Shown here: piece after piece, positions 48,066 to 57,355 of the stretch | How positions within the stretch are numbered: the first letter of the stretch is position 1 | Layout: every line of letters begins with the position of its first letter | Origin: an uncultured Candidatus Saccharibacteria bacterium | GTDB lineage: Bacteria; Patescibacteriota; Dojkabacteria; J137 | Assembly (NCBI GenBank): GCA_965230975.1 | Contig: OZ246402.1 | Location: forward strand, 637,009-701,008 | DNA: 64,000 bases | Reading direction: 5' to 3' | Notes under the pieces: model-generated | What the model was told of the DNA's origin: nothing | The model's database searches: none | Seen by the model: the letters and a program-made list of their open reading frames with translations, nothing else | Made by a program: the position numbers and the translations under genes

Positions 48066-49910
48066 ATGAAATTACCAATAATAGGAGATTTATTACCTAC
48101 AAAACAAACAAAAGATGCCGTAAGCAAAAAAGAGGAGCAGGCTTTAAATGCAGAAGCGCAGGTCGTGCAAAATTTTACAAAAGGATTAGTCAGTGTAAAA
48201 GATGTTATTGCCCCATCTGCAATTGAGGTTAATTTTAATAACTTAGCGATAGGTAGTAAATTTTTTAGATCTTACTTTGCAGTAGGCTTTCCAAGTGTTG
48301 TTACCCCAAATTGGTTAGAACCTTTAATAAATTTTGAATATCCAATAGACATAAGCACATTTTACTACCCATTTGATACAGGAGAAATTTTAAAAATGCT
48401 TAAAAGAAAAATTGCAGAAATGCAAGCTACTATGAGCATTCAAATGGAATCTGGAAGGCCTGCAGACCCTGTTTTAAAACAGCAATTGCAAGACGCCTTA
48501 ACCTTGCAGGAGCAATTGGCTGCAGGTAACGAAAAATTCTTTCAATATGCACTTTATTTGACAATTCATGCAGATAGTATTGAAGATCTAGATAAAGTTG
48601 GTAAAAACCTAGAGGCAACCATGGCCACATTAGGGGTAATAATTAAAGTTGCCACTCTACAGCAAGAAGAGGCGTTTCAAACAACTATACCTTATGGTGT
48701 AGATAAAATTAATATGTTTAGAAACTTAGATACAACTGCTATTGCCACAACATTTCCTTTTGTAAGTTCTGAACTTACAATGGAGAAAGGCGTTTTATAC
48801 GGAATCAATTTGCATAATAGCTCTTTAGTTATTTTTGACAGATTTTCTTTACCAAATGCAAATTCTGTTGTTTTAGCAACTTCTGGAGCGGGTAAATCTT
48901 ACGCTGTTAAGTTAGAAGCTGTTAGATCTTTAATGCTTGGTATTGATGTAACAATTATTGACCCTGAAAAAGAATTTGATAGGCTTTGTGATGCTGTAGG
49001 AGGAGAATATGTTTCTTTCTCTCAAGATGGTGCCCAAAAATTGAATCCATTTGAACTATCTGGTATTTACCAAAAAGATGAAGACGAGCTTAGATTTAAA
49101 ATCCTTACTCTATCGGGTTTAATTAGAATTTTGCTTGGGGGAAACTTAAGTGCAGAAGAAGCAGCAATTTTAGATAGAGCCATAATCTTAACTTATAAAG
49201 AAAAAGGTATTACTCCAGATCCATCTACTCATGCTAACGAAGCTCCTTTAATGGAAGATCTGTACAAGATTTTAAATGCAATGGCAGAAGAAGAGGCTCA
49301 TTCAATGGCTCGAAGACTAGAAAAGTATTTAAGAGGTTCTGCAGCAGGGGTTTTTGATCAAAGATCAACAGTGGACATTAAAAACAGATTTACAGTGTTT
49401 AGCATTAGAGATTTGGCAGATGATTTAAGACCAGCTGCCATGTATGTTATGTTAGATTATATATGGACTAAAATTAAAAGAGATAAAAGAAAGAGGTTGT
49501 TAATAATAGATGAGGCTTGGATAATGATGCAGTATGAAGATGCCGCTAGATTTGTATATTCTATTGCAAAAAGAGCAAGAAAATATGGTTTAGGTTTAAC
49601 AACAATTACACAAGATGTAGATGATTTTTTAGATTCTGTTTATGGTAAGGCTATTGTAAATAACTCTGCAATGCAAATTTTGTTAAAACAATCCCCGGCT
49701 GCTATTGATAAATTGCAAAAGGTCTTTTACCTAACTGATGGAGAAAAGAACTTTTTACTTTCTGCAGGAATAGGGCAGGGCATATTTTTTGCAGGAGCAA
49801 ACCATGTAGCTATTCAAACTATTGCTAGTGATAGTGAACATGGTTTAATTACTACAAATCCTAATGAGCTTTTACCTAAACCTGGAGCTACTCCAGAAGA
49901 ACAGGTATAA
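48066..49910 (+). CDS. VirB4/TrbE/CagE-family type IV secretion ATPase
   Basis: Walker A VLATSGAGKSYAVK and Walker B LLIIDEAWIMM, with the C-terminal motifs of VirB4-like ATPases. Length is 614 aa. Confidence 0.8.
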   Translation: MKLPIIGDLLPTKQTKDAVSKKEEQALNAEAQVVQNFTKGLVSVKDVIAPSAIEVNFNNLAIGSKFFRSYFAVGFPSVVTPNWLEPLINFEYPIDISTFYYPFDTGEILKMLKRKIAEMQATMSIQMESGRPADPVLKQQLQDALTLQEQLAAGNEKFFQYALYLTIHADSIEDLDKVGKNLEATMATLGVIIKVATLQQEEAFQTTIPYGVDKINMFRNLDTTAIATTFPFVSSELTMEKGVLYGINLHNSSLVIFDRFSLPNANSVVLATSGAGKSYAVKLEAVRSLMLGIDVTIIDPEKEFDRLCDAVGGEYVSFSQDGAQKLNPFELSGIYQKDEDELRFKILTLSGLIRILLGGNLSAEEAAILDRAIILTYKEKGITPDPSTHANEAPLMEDLYKILNAMAEEEAHSMARRLEKYLRGSAAGVFDQRSTVDIKNRFTVFSIRDLADDLRPAAMYVMLDYIWTKIKRDKRKRLLIIDEAWIMMQYEDAARFVYSIAKRARKYGLGLTTITQDVDDFLDSVYGKAIVNNSAMQILLKQSPAAIDKLQKVFYLTDGEKNFLLSAGIGQGIFFAGANHVAIQTIASDSEHGLITTNPNELLPKPGATPEEQV

Positions 49911-50089
49911 CTTAACCTATATTTTTATAATGCTTAAACCTTTTTTGGTTTTATTAATTATAAATAAATTTCAAACTGCAAGGTTTTTGTAAGAAATGTA
50001 TTTCATAATATTTGTATCAATTGATTTATTGTTTTAGTTTTTAATTAAAACAATCAGATATCTGAAATATTAATATTTATGTTCTTAAT

Positions 50090-50404
50090 ATGTACATGCA
50101 ACAATTTATAGTGTTAGGCAGATCAACAAAAGACCCAGAGCTTTTAGAATCTAAAAAAAAGACTAAATTTGCCAAATTCAGTTTAGCCGTTAATGAATTT
50201 AAGAAAGAAGATAAAACTGAAACAGCAGTTTTTTACGATGTAGTTGTTACTAATAAAACAGCAAAAAATCTTTCTGAAATTCTTAAGAAAGGTGATTTGG
50301 TTTTAGTTAAAGGTAAGCCTGAGTGCGAAGGTTATTTGTCAAAAGATAATCAACCCAAAGCAAAAATAACAATTTTGGTAGATGAATGGCACGTTATAAA
50401 ATAA
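50090..50404 (+). CDS. ssb: Single-stranded DNA-binding protein, OB-fold only (104 aa)
   Basis: QFIVLGRSTKDPEL...FAKFSLAVNEF...FYDVVVTNKTAKNLSEILKKGDLVLVKGK parallels the SSB pattern LIGRLTRDPELR...ANFTLAVNR...F..VVAWGKLAE..YLKKGSLVYVEG. There is no acidic tail. Confidence 0.65.
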   Translation: MYMQQFIVLGRSTKDPELLESKKKTKFAKFSLAVNEFKKEDKTETAVFYDVVVTNKTAKNLSEILKKGDLVLVKGKPECEGYLSKDNQPKAKITILVDEWHVIK

Positions 50405-50530
50405 GTTAATATGGCTCGCTTTGATACTATTGTTGAGAGGCGAGCTGGCTTATTTTAATTGGCCTACAACATGCTCCGAAGCCCACGTCCTGAAAAGATA
50501 ATAGTAGTTATCTTTTCGTAAAATAAATAA

Positions 50531-51808
50531 TTATAGTAACTTACCTGCTACATACCCAGAAGCCCAAGCCCAGGAAAGGTTAAACCCACCAACGTCTCCA
50601 TCTACGTCTAGTATTTCACCACAAAAGTATAATTTATCTAATTTAGAAGACTCGAGAGAGCTTAGTTTTATTTCGTGAGTATCAACACCCCCAGCAGTAA
50701 ATTCTGCTTCATTCCAGCTTCTAGTAGCCTGCACATCTACTATGTAGTTTGTAAGTTTTTCAATTATTAGGTTAGTTTCAAAATCATTAAGTTCGCTTAC
50801 TGTTTTTTGAGGGTTTACACCAATTGCCTTAATTAATGTTAAAGCAATTTTATTTGGGAATATGCCATAAAAACTTTTTTCTACAGTTTGATTAGGTCTT
50901 TTTTGCCATCTATTATTTAGTATTCCTAAAACTTGTTCTTTATTCTTTCCAGGGAAAAAGTTAAGTTTTATTTGACAATCAACTTTATGTAACCTATTTA
51001 TATGAATAGAAATCTCGCGACTAATATTTAATATAGCAGGGCCAGATAACCCATATTGGGTAAACATAACATCGTCAGTTCTCGTTTTAATATTCTTTCC
51101 ATCTATAATTGAAGTAACTTCTATTTCCATTTTTGTGCCTTGAAGTTCGTGGGATAACTGATTCTTTGACACAATTGGCAGTGCAGATGGAACCGGTTCA
51201 ATAATATTGTGCCCAAAATTTTGAGCTAGCTTGTACCCGGAACCATTTGAACCCAAAGCCGGGTAAGTTTTACCTCCTGCTGAAAGTATTAAGTATTCAC
51301 TTGAAAATTCTAAAGTAGATTCGATTTTGCCATCTATAGATAGTTGATTCGCTTTAAGTTGAAAATTTGAATTTTTATTTACTTCAAAAACATCTGTATT
51401 TAAGAATACTTTAATATTCAACCTATTTAATTCATCTTCTAATAATGCTGTCACCGTTTTTGCTTGGTCTGTTACAGGAAACAGTTTGCCAATATCAGTT
51501 TTTCTTTCTACATAAAGTTCTATTCCAAGATCATTAAAAAACTCAACAATATTTGGGTAAGAAAATTGGTTGAAAATTGATTCTATAAATTCAGCTGATG
51601 CCCCATAATAGTGGTCGGCAAAACTTTTATTTAAGTTTATATTTGTAATATTGCACCTTCCAGCACCGCATACTAATATTTTACGGCCCAATGCGAACGT
51701 TCTGTCTAAAATTGCTACAGACATTTCAGGATGATGTTTTTTAGCTGATATAGCAGCCATTTGACCAGCTGCACCCCCACCAATTATTATTAAGTCAAAG
51801 TTATTCAT
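50531..51808 (-). CDS. HI0933/BaiN-like FAD-dependent flavoprotein
   Basis: N-terminal Rossmann motif FDLIIIGGGAAGQMAAISAKK. The 425-aa length and C-terminal GG motifs are typical of the HI0933 family. Confidence 0.7.
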   Translation of the reverse strand: MNNFDLIIIGGGAAGQMAAISAKKHHPEMSVAILDRTFALGRKILVCGAGRCNITNINLNKSFADHYYGASAEFIESIFNQFSYPNIVEFFNDLGIELYVERKTDIGKLFPVTDQAKTVTALLEDELNRLNIKVFLNTDVFEVNKNSNFQLKANQLSIDGKIESTLEFSSEYLILSAGGKTYPALGSNGSGYKLAQNFGHNIIEPVPSALPIVSKNQLSHELQGTKMEIEVTSIIDGKNIKTRTDDVMFTQYGLSGPAILNISREISIHINRLHKVDCQIKLNFFPGKNKEQVLGILNNRWQKRPNQTVEKSFYGIFPNKIALTLIKAIGVNPQKTVSELNDFETNLIIEKLTNYIVDVQATRSWNEAEFTAGGVDTHEIKLSSLESSKLDKLYFCGEILDVDGDVGGFNLSWAWASGYVAGKLL

Positions 51809-52350
51809 TAATTTTGTAATTCTTCTATATATTCATTAATAATTTCTTCATCCTCAGGGCAAAAATCTGTGTAAATTGAAATAACTTCTGTAATTGGAAG
51901 TTGATATCTCTCTGCAATTTTGGATAGCGCAATATAAAGGTTAAGTCCGTTGTAATTTAAGGGACTAACAATAATATGTAGCTCTTTTTCTAGAATTCTG
52001 TGAGCATTCTGAGCCAAATATTGAGATACTATCAATGCGTTTTCTAAAGATTCTTTATTCCATCCAAGGTTTGCACAAAAATAATTTTCTAGTTTACTGC
52101 CAAATCTTTTGTTTACCAATATAAATTGGTCCAATACAAGTTTTATGGGTACTTTATACTTTAAAGAGATCTCGCTTAGAAGTTTAAATATATCTGCAAA
52201 TTGTATTTTTGTTAGTTCCGTGGATTCTTCCTCTAAAGTGCTACTTCGAGCCCAAGTTGTATATGCCATGTTAAAATCTTCATCTTGCAACTCTGTAGTC
52301 ATTATACTTAAAGGATCTGATAGTGGTGGCTCAGCAAGGTTTGGCTTCAT
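51808..52350 (-). CDS. Hypothetical protein
   Basis: A 180-aa ORF. Confidence 0.3.
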   Translation of the reverse strand: MKPNLAEPPLSDPLSIMTTELQDEDFNMAYTTWARSSTLEEESTELTKIQFADIFKLLSEISLKYKVPIKLVLDQFILVNKRFGSKLENYFCANLGWNKESLENALIVSQYLAQNAHRILEKELHIIVSPLNYNGLNLYIALSKIAERYQLPITEVISIYTDFCPEDEEIINEYIEELQN

Positions 52351-52418
52351 ATTAAAGATTTAATAATATACAAAATATTACTGTGTAATTTAAATTTTGG
52401 CAATGGAATAAACTCAAG

Positions 52419-52718
52419 TTATGTCTCGCCCTTTTTATTTTTGTAAGTAGATAATAACTTTAATACTTCTTCAAAGACTTTTTCTAATTCGTCTTCTTTT
52501 AAACCTAGCTTCCTGGCAATTTCTAAAAGTAGAGTAATAAGAATATTTTGAACACCGGTTTGAATTGGTACGGCACCAGAATTACCAAATTGATTATTCT
52601 GAGATTCAATAGCGCTTTCTCTTGATGTTTCTATCATTGATTGAACATCTCCAAATGCCTCTTTAAAAACACCAATTAGTTGGGATTTGGGAATATTCGG
52701 AGTATTTTCGCTATTCAT
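52419..52718 (-). CDS. Hypothetical protein
   Basis: A 99-aa ORF. Confidence 0.3.
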   Translation of the reverse strand: MNSENTPNIPKSQLIGVFKEAFGDVQSMIETSRESAIESQNNQFGNSGAVPIQTGVQNILITLLLEIARKLGLKEDELEKVFEEVLKLLSTYKNKKGET

Positions 52719-52793
52719 TTGTTTTTTATAAGCGCCGAATTATATAGTCTATAGGGTAAATATGTCTACAAGAAAGAATATCAATAGTAGATA

Positions 52794-53975
52794 TTATTTA
52801 TTTAAGAAGGTTTCTATAATATCTGCAATGTCGTTATGTGCATTTAAATTAATTAATGATTTACCATAAGTAATAGATTCATCTATTGGGTTTCCAAAAA
52901 AATCTAGTTTTTTATTTAAGCAATTCACACCTTTATCTAAAGTTTCTGTTAAAGTCTTGTATCCAAAATCTTTTTGCTCGATTATTTCTGCTAAACCGGT
53001 ACTTTTCATAAGTTTAGCGTTTCTAAGTTGCTCATTGTTAGAACTCCACGGTATTGGGATTAGAATAGATAACTTACCAAGCGCTAAATATTCTGTAATA
53101 CTATTTGCACCAGATCTGCCAATAATAATGTCTGATTTGTTTAATGCTTCACCAACTTCTTCGGGTAATATATAGTCTTTAGGTAAATATCTATCTTGAA
53201 TTAAAGCTGGTAATTTCTTTTTTGTATCTAGAGCAGTTGTAAAATCTCCTGTTGCACTTGAATTACCAGTTTGATGAATTATGTTGTACTTTTGAAGTAG
53301 TTCTTGTAACGAACTAAAAACTACCTTGTTTAAAATATGTGAGCCTTGATTTCCACCATAAATAAGTAGTGTGGGGAACCTTTTATCAAAGTTTTTTGTT
53401 AAAGAATCGGTTTTTGCGCTTAAAATCTCTTTTCTGATTGGATTTCCTGTTAAAACTGTTTTATCTTTTTTAAAATACTTAAATGAATTATCCCAACTAA
53501 TTAATACTTTGTTAGCAAATTTGCCAATAAGTCTGTTTGCAAGTCCACTAACAATTGTTTGTTCGTGTGTTATTACAGTAATCCCCTTTAATTTTGCAGA
53601 TAAAACTATAGGTACTGCTAAATAACTACCAAATGAGATAATAATTTGAGGATTATATTTGAATATTATATAAATAGATTTTATAAATCCAGCTGGAATT
53701 AAAGCTAATTGGTATATAACATAAGGGATATCTTTTAAACCAAAACTTCTAATAATTTTCCCTGTTTTTAATTCAATAAATGGAATATTTTGTAACGTTA
53801 TTGTTCTGTATTCAGGAGATAATGATTCATTTTTTTGTTGGTTATATTTATGACCTACCCATACAAAATTTGTGTATCCACGTTTTTTAAGCTCTGCTAT
53901 TACAGATAATGCGGGCGTCATGTGCCCACCGGTAATTAAAATTGGACGTGAGTTTTTTGTTTTATAGTTTAGCAA
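52794..53975 (-). CDS. murG: MurG-like GT28 glycosyltransferase (undecaprenyl-PP-MurNAc-pentapeptide GlcNAc transferase)
   Basis: N-terminal ILITGGHMTPALSVIAELKKRGY (GGTGGHxxPAL pattern) and the C-terminal GG loop LLIYGGNQGSHILN. Confidence 0.7.
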   Translation of the reverse strand: MLNYKTKNSRPILITGGHMTPALSVIAELKKRGYTNFVWVGHKYNQQKNESLSPEYRTITLQNIPFIELKTGKIIRSFGLKDIPYVIYQLALIPAGFIKSIYIIFKYNPQIIISFGSYLAVPIVLSAKLKGITVITHEQTIVSGLANRLIGKFANKVLISWDNSFKYFKKDKTVLTGNPIRKEILSAKTDSLTKNFDKRFPTLLIYGGNQGSHILNKVVFSSLQELLQKYNIIHQTGNSSATGDFTTALDTKKKLPALIQDRYLPKDYILPEEVGEALNKSDIIIGRSGANSITEYLALGKLSILIPIPWSSNNEQLRNAKLMKSTGLAEIIEQKDFGYKTLTETLDKGVNCLNKKLDFFGNPIDESITYGKSLINLNAHNDIADIIETFLNK

Positions 53976-54042
53976 GGTGTTATTTCAAATCACTATGAAT
54001 ATAGTTTAGCAGAAGAACATGATTTTATTAATAGAACACTAT

Positions 54043-54717
54043 CTATAAAATATAATCTGATTTATGAATATATGATTTATAAATTGACAAATCTTTATTT
54101 AAAATACATATATCAAGTTCAGGCCATCTATTCTCTAAATGTTTAATTTCATCAACAGATTTCCAGCTTAACGAATCTCCCAATCTCATTTTATTCTTTT
54201 TCAAATTAGTTATGTTTACAGAGTAAATACTGAAGGCATCGTCAAATATTATTTCGTTTGTAGAGTTAATAATTGTTTTTAAATGCAAACTTGTAAAACT
54301 AAAATTTTCTGAAGATAGTTCAAGTCCTGTGTATTGATAAAATACCCTAGATAATGAGATATTTATATTCTCTCCGAAAAATGGTTTCCCACTAGGCAAA
54401 TTGTAGAAATTGAGTCTAGCATTTGGATGGGACTTCACAAGATAGTTATTATTTTCATCATGGCAAATAAATCCTATGAAAAAGGTTTTAACACCTTTAT
54501 CTTCCAGCCTGAATGGTTCATATTTAGAAATTTCTTTTACACCATCTAAAGAAATAGAGTAAACACCATTATCTTTGTAAATTAATTTATTGCTTAATAA
54601 CTTATTCAAATGGAAAACGATATTATCTTCAAAATCGTAGCCAGAGGTAAGAGTAGCGTATCTTTGATTGTTTTGAAGAGATAGTCTTTTTAATAAAATT
54701 TTTTGCAGTTGATGCAT
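54043..54717 (-). CDS. Hypothetical protein
   Basis: A 224-aa ORF. Confidence 0.3.
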   Translation of the reverse strand: MHQLQKILLKRLSLQNNQRYATLTSGYDFEDNIVFHLNKLLSNKLIYKDNGVYSISLDGVKEISKYEPFRLEDKGVKTFFIGFICHDENNNYLVKSHPNARLNFYNLPSGKPFFGENINISLSRVFYQYTGLELSSENFSFTSLHLKTIINSTNEIIFDDAFSIYSVNITNLKKNKMRLGDSLSWKSVDEIKHLENRWPELDICILNKDLSIYKSYIHKSDYIL

Positions 54718-54752
54718 AGTGTAGCTGTCTACTCTAAAAAATAACTGACTAA

Positions 54753-55166
54753 TTGTTTAAAATTCTTTCTATTACTTTAAATATTAACATTACAATTATG
54801 TTTAAGGAACTTTTTGCAGTATGTTTACTAGTAAAAAATTTTGATGTTTCGTTAAGTTTTTATAAAGATAAACTTGGTCTTTCTGTAAACCAGATAAATG
54901 ACAATTTTGCTGATTTTAAATTAAATGGTACTTCATTAGCTATCTTTCAACTAGATGATGCAGTTTCAATGTTTTCAAAGAAATATATGAATTCTGGAGG
55001 AGGCAGTGTTTTTGCTTTTCAAGTAAATAATATTAAGGAATCAGTGAAGTCTCTTAAATCGAAAGGTGTAGTAATTTTTGAAGGTCCTAAAACAACACCT
55101 TGGGGTCAAAAAGTAGCATATTTTCAAGATCCAGATAATAATATTTGGGAGATATCTGAAAAATGA
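54753..55166 (+). CDS. VOC-family protein (glyoxalase/bleomycin-resistance fold)
   Basis: LGLSVNQI..DNFADFKLNGTSLAIF and C-terminal VAYFQDPDNNIWEI are typical VOC beta-alpha-beta-beta-beta modules. Confidence 0.6.
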   Translation: MFKILSITLNINITIMFKELFAVCLLVKNFDVSLSFYKDKLGLSVNQINDNFADFKLNGTSLAIFQLDDAVSMFSKKYMNSGGGSVFAFQVNNIKESVKSLKSKGVVIFEGPKTTPWGQKVAYFQDPDNNIWEISEK

Positions 55167-55579
55167 AAAATATATTTTCCAGTCAATACGAAAAATCTGT
55201 AATGTCGGAAGAATTATTGGAAATAGCATTTGATTTTGATAGAGATTTAAATAAGCTATGGGCGGTAGAAATAGCCACTGAAGAAATGCGGCTTTCAGAA
55301 CTTGAGTGGCATTTGGACATACCATTCTTTTGGCAAGAAAATAAACCTTTTAGTTTAAAGCCAAGAGATGTTTTCAATGATCCAGTAAGGTATAAGAAAT
55401 GGATGGATAAAATTATGAACGTAGATATAAGTTATCCAATTGATATTATTTTTTGGAAGGGGAGGTGGCAAATATTAGATGGTTTGCACAGATTGTGTAA
55501 ACTTTATCTGCTAGAAGTTGAGTTTACTAAGGTAAGAAAAATCCCTCTAGAATCTTTAAAGTTAATTATGCCAGATTAG
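55163..55579 (+). CDS. Hypothetical protein
   Basis: A 138-aa ORF overlapping the upstream stop by 4 nt. Confidence 0.3.
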   Translation: MKNIFSSQYEKSVMSEELLEIAFDFDRDLNKLWAVEIATEEMRLSELEWHLDIPFFWQENKPFSLKPRDVFNDPVRYKKWMDKIMNVDISYPIDIIFWKGRWQILDGLHRLCKLYLLEVEFTKVRKIPLESLKLIMPD

Positions 55580-55632
55580 TCTTTGGCTGCAAATTATTTG
55601 AAAAAGATTAACTTTATATTAATATTGTTTAT

Positions 55633-56292
55633 ATGAAATCTACTATTTATGCCCAGGTTCTAAATAAAATAATTGAATTTTACGAAGGTTACTCTAAAGT
55701 AATAAGGGGTACGACTCAACCTTATACTTATAACAGAATAAAATCTAAATTACCTAGTCTGGATTACAAACCCGATGTAGAGCTATTTAGAGAAACATTA
55801 GTAGAGCATGTGGGTTCGTTACCAATAGTTGCAAGTACTGTTTATCCGTATATAAATGATATAGAAGTAGATTTAGGTCATGCATTATTGCTTTTATCTA
55901 TTCACGATATTGGTGAATTATCAACTGGAGATGAAATAACTTTTTTAAAAGACAAGAATAATCCACCTAATGGAATCTCAGAAAAAGATTCTGCTATAAA
56001 GTTATTAGATCCGTACTATCACGATTTGTATTTAGAGGTTGAGGAAAGAAAAACTAAGTCTGCAAGATTTGCTAAAAGTATAGATAAAATTACACCTGAT
56101 ATTCTAGATTTAATATTGCCAGCAGAGATCACAATACTACGATATAAAGAATTAATGAAGAAATCACCTAAAGAAATAGTCCCTCTTATTAAAGAGTTTA
56201 AACATCCGTATATGCTTTGGAATCCGTTTATGACAAAATTCCATCTACATCTATTAGATGAAATAGATAAGAAGTTGAAAAGTTACTACTAA
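55633..56292 (+). CDS. HD-domain phosphohydrolase (YfbR-like)
   Basis: H...LLLSIHDIGELSTGD matches the H..HD..E..GD arrangement of HD hydrolases. Confidence 0.55.
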   Translation: MKSTIYAQVLNKIIEFYEGYSKVIRGTTQPYTYNRIKSKLPSLDYKPDVELFRETLVEHVGSLPIVASTVYPYINDIEVDLGHALLLLSIHDIGELSTGDEITFLKDKNNPPNGISEKDSAIKLLDPYYHDLYLEVEERKTKSARFAKSIDKITPDILDLILPAEITILRYKELMKKSPKEIVPLIKEFKHPYMLWNPFMTKFHLHLLDEIDKKLKSYY

Positions 56293-56323
56293 AATCTTTA
56301 GTTGAAGTTATTTGAAGTTTAAA

Positions 56324-56396
56324 AGCGGACGACGAGGCTCGAACTCGCGACCTCTTCCTTGGCAAGGAAGCGTTCTACCAATTGAACTACATCCGC
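56324..56396 (-). tRNA. tRNA-Gly (anticodon GCC); CCA is not encoded
   Basis: The minus strand reads GCGGAUGUAGUUCAAUUGGUAGAACGCUUCCUUGCCAAGGAAGAGGUCGCGAGUUCGAGCCUCGUCGUCCGCU. The anticodon loop is UUGCCAA and the T-loop is GUUCGAGCC. Confidence 0.85.
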
Positions 56397-56592
56397 ATTT
56401 AACAAGTGTAATTATATTCTAATTTCTATAAACAGTCTATAGATTGAAGTTTATTTAATGTTAAAATTACAAAAATTTAAACCTTAAGTTTACAGACCCT
56501 TCAATAGACCCATCAGAGGCAAATATTCAATTAAGTCGATTGAATTTAAAATATTTGGTTGCTTAAGAATATGTTTCTGTATAACATATTAT

Positions 56593-57327
56593 ATGACCCG
56601 AAAATTTATAAGCACAATTTTAATTGCTTCTACCTTAATTGTACTTTTAGGTCTAATAACATACTTCTTGACATCTTATTCCTATTTAAAATTGGTTAGT
56701 TTAATCAATTATTACGATAAAGATTTAGTAGTTGAATTGAACGGACAAAAACATGGTTTGAAGCCATTTGACACCCAGCTTTTAAAGATCAAAGATTTAA
56801 GAAATTTGAATGTGACAGCAACTATAGATGGCCAATCTGTTTATAATAAAAGTATATCTCTTTCTTATGAAAATCAGGTTCTTGGCCTATATTTTTCCGA
56901 TGTTCAGCATTGTTATTATCAAACAAATTTAAGTAGGGAACTAAGCACTTTAACTTTCAATACTATTTCAACTCCTAATGATTTCTTATTGCAGGATGCA
57001 AATATGGATTCTACTACTTATTTCATTCCTGGGTCGGCTAAATCAGATATAGATTTAAATAAAACTCTAATTGGCTACTTACCATTGCCTTGTTTTGAAA
57101 TATCGAATGCAGAAAGTATACTTGCCAATAATCAACTCTTTTGGAATTATAATTCACAGCTTCAAAGAGAGTATTATTTTAGCAATGTAGACAAAATAAA
57201 TACCTCTACAAATATAGATCAACTTGTTGAGATTAAAGGTGTAGGCGATGATAAATTAAACTTTCTATTTATAAATGGAACTATTCTATTTAGGCAACAG
57301 GAAGAAGAATACTTTATTGTAGATTAA
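56593..57327 (+). CDS. Hypothetical membrane-anchored protein
   Basis: N-terminal TM ISTILIASTLIVLLGLITYFL. Confidence 0.35.
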   Translation: MTRKFISTILIASTLIVLLGLITYFLTSYSYLKLVSLINYYDKDLVVELNGQKHGLKPFDTQLLKIKDLRNLNVTATIDGQSVYNKSISLSYENQVLGLYFSDVQHCYYQTNLSRELSTLTFNTISTPNDFLLQDANMDSTTYFIPGSAKSDIDLNKTLIGYLPLPCFEISNAESILANNQLFWNYNSQLQREYYFSNVDKINTSTNIDQLVEIKGVGDDKLNFLFINGTILFRQQEEEYFIVD

Positions 57328-57355
57328 TCTTAAATTTTATTGTAACTTAAATGTC

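Noticed and set aside
50405-50470. Possible terminator hairpin after ssb (GCTCGC...GCGAGC)
   Set aside because: It is a 6-bp stem with a loop of about 20 nt and no following T-tract. That is too weak to call.
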